From the NCBI GenBank assembly GCA_040755995.1, contig JBFMAF010000045.1, positions 20,412-84,411 on the forward strand: a DNA stretch of 64,000 nucleotides, in the 5' to 3' direction. A model generated the notes under the pieces. The model was given only the letters and a program-made list of their open reading frames with translations. It was not told the DNA's origin and did no database searches. Shown here piece by piece: positions 59,074-64,000 of the stretch; positions within the stretch are counted from its first letter, which is position 1; every line of letters starts with the position of its first letter. This DNA comes from Acidobacteriota bacterium (GTDB taxonomy: Bacteria > Acidobacteriota > CAIWXX01). A program made the translations under genes and the position numbers.

Positions 59074-59877
59074 CTACATACGCAAGGAACGAGCCAATCG
59101 TTTCGGGGATCTACTCAGGCGGGCAACCTGTACGCCCTGCGGGACGCGCTGGGCGGCCCGGGAGTCGCTCCCGGCCGCTCCTCCGCAGGCCGGATCGGCG
59201 CGCCTCAGCAGCTGCTCTCGCTCCGCCCAGCCATCCAGCAGATGGATGATGCGGTTGCAGTAGGAGGCGTTCTTCTCGGAGTGGGTGGCCTGGAGAATCG
59301 TGGTACCTTCGCGGTTCAGCTGTGTGAAGAGCGTCATGATCTCATCGCCCTGCTTGGAATTCAGGTTGCCGGTCGGCTCGTCCGCGAGAATGAGCTTCGG
59401 CCTGATGATCAGCGCGCGCGCGACAGCAACGAGCTGCTGCTGCCCGCCTGAGAGCTGGTTGGGAAACAGGTCCTTCTTGGCGACGATCTGGAATCGATCC
59501 AGAACCTCCGCCACCATGCGCTTGCGCTCAGAGCCCGGCACCTTCTTGTACAGCAGAGGAGTTTCCAGGTTCTCGTACACCGTCAGATCATCGATCAGGT
59601 GGTAGCTCTGGAAGACGAAGCCGATGTTGCGCTGGTGCAGCTCTGTGCGCTTCCGCTCGTTCAGCGTGTGGACAGGCTCGTCGAAGAAGTAGTACTCGCC
59701 TTCCGATGCGTCATCCAGCATCCCGATGATATGAAGCAGCGTTGACTTGCCTGCGCCTGACGGCCCCATCACCGAAACAAACTCGCCCTCCTTGATGTCG
59801 AGATTCACCCGGCGCAGCACGAAGGTCTTGACGAGCCCCGACGAGTAGAACTTCGTTACGCCTCTGAGCTTGATCAT
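59074..59877 (-). CDS. MacB/LolD-type ABC ATP-binding protein
   Basis: GPSGAGKST, IGFVFQSYHL, LSGGQQQ, ADEPTGNL; about 40-aa atypical tail. Confidence 0.92.
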   Translation of the reverse strand: MIKLRGVTKFYSSGLVKTFVLRRVNLDIKEGEFVSVMGPSGAGKSTLLHIIGMLDDASEGEYYFFDEPVHTLNERKRTELHQRNIGFVFQSYHLIDDLTVYENLETPLLYKKVPGSERKRMVAEVLDRFQIVAKKDLFPNQLSGGQQQLVAVARALIIRPKLILADEPTGNLNSKQGDEIMTLFTQLNREGTTILQATHSEKNASYCNRIIHLLDGWAEREQLLRRADPACGGAAGSDSRAAQRVPQGVQVARLSRSPKRLARSLRM

Positions 59878-59987
59878 TGTCTCACCCCATCTCTTCAATG
59901 CCACCGAGAATCAGATGGGCGCGCCGTTTGGCTGCTGCGCGCGCCCGCGGGATCAGGCCACCCGTTCACCTCTCACCCTGCCAGCGT

Positions 59988-60003
59988 AGCAACTCTCGTG
60001 CCA
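59988..60003 (-). promoter_or_regulatory. Sigma54 -24/-12 promoter
   Basis: Minus strand TGGCACGAGAGTTGCT matches TGGCACG-N4-TTGCW exactly, 110 bp upstream of the ABC start. Confidence 0.82.
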
Positions 60004-60139
60004 TGCATCCTGTGGGGCCGCAGTGCCCGGCGAGGCCGCGGGCCCATCTGCCGGCCGCAGCGAAACCATGCAGTTGCGCTCGACAATGCCTCCCGCGGCC
60101 AGGACAGGCACAAGTCTGCAGCGTAGCGGGTCGCCGAGC

Positions 60140-60177
60140 TGTCCGGGCGCGGACCCCGCGCTGTACGTTTTCGTACA
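60140..60177. promoter_or_regulatory. Tandem palindromes, putative enhancer-binding-protein sites
   Basis: TGTCCG-ggcg-CGGACC and TGTACG-tttt-CGTACA, starts 22 bp apart. Confidence 0.65.
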
Positions 60178-60244
60178 CGGAGCGGCGAATCACAAGAGCC
60201 GGGCGCAGGTGTGCTGTGCCTCCTGCGACCACCGCGTCCCGATC

Positions 60245-60448
60245 CTACTTCTCCTTCCTCAGCAGCGTCTTGACGAAGGCGTGCGCCTGCTCGAGCCACT
60301 GCGCGAGCTTCTTGCCCTCGAAGCCCTTCGGCTCGACCATGACCCAGCCCCTCATGGGCCTGCCCGTGATGTCGAAGGGCTTGACATGGGGTTTCCGATA
60401 GGCCTGCGCCTGCGCGGCCTCGCCGATACGCACGATCAGGCAATCCGT
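60245..60448 (-). pseudogene. TfoX/Sxy-family 3' remnant
   Basis: DCLIVRIG...PFDITGRPMRGWVMVEP...LAQWLEQA; in-frame TGA shortly upstream, N-terminal half absent. Confidence 0.65.
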
Positions 60449-60716
60449 CGACGATCTGCACCCGTGCCGGTTCCGACGCCATCAGAGCGCCTGGAAGGGT
60501 ACTTTGCGTTCGGCGTATTGTCAACAGTTCTGCATTGTCCTATTGTCCCCCATGTGATCAACTCCGCGTACCCCTCGACCGCGGCCTTCCCGCAGGACAC
60601 CGAGTGATTGCCCGGGCGCGGTGAGCGAAGGAGTATGCAGGCGCGATCCGGCCTGAAACCTCCCCGATTCGTTCACGTAGTGACAGGCGATGTTGGCCGG
60701 AAGGGTGGAGTCAGAC

Positions 60717-61595
60717 GTGAAGAGCATTGCAGGGGCCGTGGTCGCGATCATGTTTCTGGGATATTCCCTGCTGATGGGGCAGGGCGACGAGCAGAAGGAG
60801 TTTGGCACGTACCAGGAGATGCGGGTGCGTGTCGGCGAGTTGTATGCGCAGCAGAAGTACAAGGAAGCGGCGGATATCCTGGAGGGGGCGATCGAACGCT
60901 TCCCAGAAAAACTGCTCGCAAACACATACAACCTCGCGCTGATGCGGCTTCTCGTGGGTGACACGGAGAAGGCCGTGGCCACTCTGGAGTCGGGCCTCGA
61001 CCGCGGAATCTGGTTCGGGAAGTTCGATTTCCTCGCCGAGCAATGGGAGCCTCTCAAGGCGTCCGAGAGCTTCAAGCGGTTCGCAGAGAAGAACGAAGCC
61101 ATGATGCGGGAGGCGCAGAAGCAGGCTGCGATGAGGCTCGAGATCGTGACACCGGAAGGCTACCGCGCCGACAAGTCCTACCCCCTCTTCATCGCTCTCC
61201 ACGGCGGTGGAGAGAACACGGCCGATCTTCGACCCCACTGGGTCTCCGAGAAGCTGAAGAAGGAGTACATCGTCGCATTCGTGCAATCCTCGCAGCTCGT
61301 TGCGATGGATGGATACACATGGGAGGATCTGAAGACGTCGGCGAAAGAGATCGGGGAGGCGTACAGGAGCGTCTGTGAGAAGCATGCGGTCAAGAAGGAA
61401 GACGTCGTCGTCGGGGGCTTCTCATCGGGAGGGTTCGCGTCCCTGGCCGTGGCGTTGACGAACGTGATTCCGGTGACCGGCTTCATCGCGCTCTGCCCGG
61501 GTGTCCCCGAGGAGGTGACGGATGAAGACATCCGCCGCGCGGCGGACCTTGGCGTCCGCGGCACCGCGAAGACCTGGGGAAGTTCCCCGGATTGA
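60717..61595 (+). pseudogene. Secreted TPR-like plus alpha/beta-hydrolase (esterase), C-terminally truncated
   Basis: Signal peptide, helical N-domain, YPLFIALHGGG, GFSSGG nucleophile elbow; stops before the expected Asp/His region. Confidence 0.6.
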
Positions 61596-62389
61596 TCTTC
61601 AGGCTGGGGGACGAATTGATCGATACCGGCGCTTGCAGGACGGTCGTGGATATTGACTCTTCCCCGTTTCCTGACCGGGACCTGTTTGACACGGAGAAGT
61701 ACAACGATTGGGTCGGTCTGAGCGTCGGGAAACGCATCTACTACATGATCGGCGCGAGAGGATGTCCCCACAGCTGCAGGTTTTGCACTGACCCTTTCAA
61801 TGTATACCGCCAGCGGTCGCCGGCAAACGTCATGTCAGAACTGCAGCAGCTCGGCAAGTACAAGCCCGATATCGTCGTCTTTGTTGATGATCAATTCTTT
61901 GCCGGAAGGAGCTGGGCGCTGGAATTGCTGAATCTGATAGGTGACGCTCAGTTGCCCATGCGGCTTGTTCTGCAGACACGCGTCGATTCGGTGGACACGG
62001 AGACGGTGAAGGCCTGCAAGCGGGCCGGGGTTGGCCTCATTCAGATCGGGATTGATAGTGGAAATCAGCAGATCATAGACTACTACAGAAAAGGTTTCTC
62101 TCTGTCGCAGGCAAGATCGGCAGTGAAACTGATCGATCGGTATGGCATCTATTCCCTGGGCTTTCTTATCATCGGCGCTCCTATGGAACGGGAAGAACAC
62201 ATCAACGACACATTGAAGTTCGTGACGTCCATTCCGCTCGATTTTATTGCCATAAGCCCTCTTGCATACCGCTATCCTTCGCCTTTGTGGAAAGACCTCG
62301 TGAAGAAGGGGCTTGTGGGAGATGATGAGATGGGGGTTCTTGCAGGTGAAAGGACAGGTTCTTATCCCAGTCATGAACTGGGACGCTGA
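61566..62389 (+). pseudogene. Radical SAM (B12-binding class) fragment lacking the N-terminal domain
   Basis: EDLGKFPGLIFR...SPFPDRDLF linker, RGCPHSCRFC (CxxxCxxC), FVDDQF, TRVD, IGIDSG, FLIIGAP; no ATG/RBS. Confidence 0.7.
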
Positions 62390-62650
62390 GAACAAGCTGC
62401 TATGCGGTCCGCAGCAATTGGCCAGCCAGTGTCCCTGTCAGTGCTGGAGCCGGTCACACGAGCCGCGATGTGCAGGAGCGCACACAATCTCAACCACGGC
62501 CCCGGCCGTGACGGCGGCGAACCGGGTGGGGGCAGGCCGCACTGCTGTGTCCTTAGTGCGCAGGTTGAGGCCGGCAACCACGGCCTTGGAATCGACGGCT
62601 GTGGCGGTGGCATCCCTGCTGTATGCGCGCGTGTCGGAGGTATTCCCGCT

Positions 62651-62759
62651 CCAAGAAGTTGACCCCGGTCCGAGGGCGTTCGATCAAAGAGGGGTCGAAT
62701 GACGAAGAGGATTGCCACGATTCCCATGGCAGTTGAATGCTGCATCTGCCCGGTGCAGC
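62651..62759 (+). repeat. 109-bp imperfect direct repeat, copy 1
   Basis: Ungapped manual alignment to 63340-63448 gives 21 mismatches. Confidence 0.85.
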
Positions 62760-62831
62760 CGAGATCCCGACCAAGTAGATGCCCGCGGTCTGCAGTTCAT
62801 GCGATAATAGATCTGGAAGGAGGATCTGAGA

Positions 62832-63038
62832 ATGCATGAGCATACTTCCGACCGGATCGAGATCGATCCCGAGGTAATGCCCGGAAAACCCGTGATCAGA
62901 GGCACTCGAATACCGGTGGAGATGATTCTGCGGAAGTTGAGCGAAGGCGTGTCCGAAGAGGACCTCCTGGACGCGTATCCTCGCCTGACCCGCGACGACA
63001 TCCACGCGGCGCTCGCCTGTCAGGGCCGGGTGGGATAG
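62832..63038 (+). CDS. DUF433-family antitoxin-like protein (possibly 3'-truncated)
   Basis: RIEIDPEVMPGKPVIRGTRIPVE...EDLLDAYPRLTRDDIHAAL; RBS AAGGAGG. Confidence 0.88.
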   Translation: MHEHTSDRIEIDPEVMPGKPVIRGTRIPVEMILRKLSEGVSEEDLLDAYPRLTRDDIHAALACQGRVG

Positions 63039-63339
63039 TCGCTGAATCAGGGGGACAGGCCCACCTGCCTGAAGTCGTCCAGCGTGGTCGGTGCCTGACC
63101 GCCGAGCAGCCGAAGAGGCCGCTGAAACACCCCCTGGCTCCATATTCTCAATCCGCCTCAATCTGGTCGCGCACCCCTTGGGAGCCCTCGTCGGTTCGAT
63201 CCTCAGCTCCCTGGGCTGTCGGCGGCAGACTTGGTAACAGCCAATCACCCAAAGGGATTGTCGGATTTGGGATATATGGTCGTGAGAACGTCGAATGTTC
63301 GGGGCCGGGCGGCGCGGGTGCAAACAGAGTTTTGACCGG

Positions 63340-63448
63340 CCAAGTAGTTGAACCCGGAGCGAAGACGTTCGGTCGGAGAGCATTCGAATGATGAAGAGGA
63401 TTGCCACGATTCTCATGTTGATTGAATGCTGCGTTTGCCTGGTGCAGC
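63340..63448 (+). repeat. 109-bp imperfect direct repeat, copy 2
   Basis: Shares GAAGAGGATTGCCACGATTC core with copy 1. Confidence 0.85.
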
Positions 63449-63622
63449 GCCTGCACGGTGCCGAAGCGGTCGGAAGACCATCCCTGCGGCGTCTGGGGGT
63501 GCGGCCGCATGTTGAAGGCGACGAGACGAATAATTCAGTGTTCGGGCAGGTTCCCGCAAGATCGGATCTGCCACCTCAACGATAGAACAGGGCCAGCTGG
63601 AACTCCTGGGAGGACTCAGACT

Positions 63623-63904
63623 ATGAAGGGGTATTTGGCGCTTATTCTTCACTCAGTTCTCTTCACTCTGCTGTTCGGGACGCACTTGCCGGTGCGCTGC
63701 GACACCCGTGAGCCTCTGGAACCCGACCACGCGGATCCCAGGTTGGCCGTAAGCAGCGGCTGGTGGAAGTCAATCGCCGATACGGCCGAAATTGGTGCCT
63801 TCACACCCGCCTGGCGCGGCGGCTGGGTCGTGGCGGGCGGCTACTTCTTCTATCAGGATGGCTGGATCGGTGAGCTAGCGCATGTTTGCTGGAGGCTGCC
63901 ATAA
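63623..63904 (+). pseudogene. Truncated 5' remnant of a secreted protein (propeller-blade-like)
   Basis: RBS GGGAGG, signal peptide MKGYLALILHSVLFTLLFG, WWKSI...TPAWRGGWVVAG...DGWIGEL, then stop. Confidence 0.45.
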
Positions 63905-64000
63905 GTCATTGAAAAGCCTGGGTCGGGTTTTCGATTTGGTCACTACATGATGGTTTCGGCGTTTTCGGGCGGCGTTGGGGGATCGAGGTGGGTGACGCCG

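Noticed and set aside
63901..64000. TAAGTCATTGAAAA motif reminiscent of integrative element ends
   Set aside because: Too short, at the window edge, with no associated recombinase visible

Overview
GC-rich bacterial chromosomal window; gene content suggests Acidobacteriota or a similar diderm, which is an inference only. It holds housekeeping genes (glnS, gltX, tRNA-Gln(CUG), PBP1A, aspS, hisS, AddAB-like pair) and a REC/Ser-Thr kinase/TonB_C fusion. A cobamide uptake and remodelling block (btuFCD, btuB, cbiR, cobU, cobT, cobS, cobQ) sits under two cobalamin riboswitches. There are several secreted or membrane enzymes, and the right end (about 54.3-64 kb) is decayed and full of gene remnants. 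The best candidate for an undescribed system is a tandem pair of PilB/GspE-like proteins (38146-41724). Both have lost the Walker A, Asp-box, Walker B and His-box catalytic motifs, sharing GPLFNA in place of GPTGSGK. Both carry an 8-Cys N-terminal module and MshEN-like repeats, and no pilus or T2SS genes lie nearby. Family calls come from motif recognition by eye; no database searches were run. Start codons were adjusted from the ORF track where RBS or context supported it.
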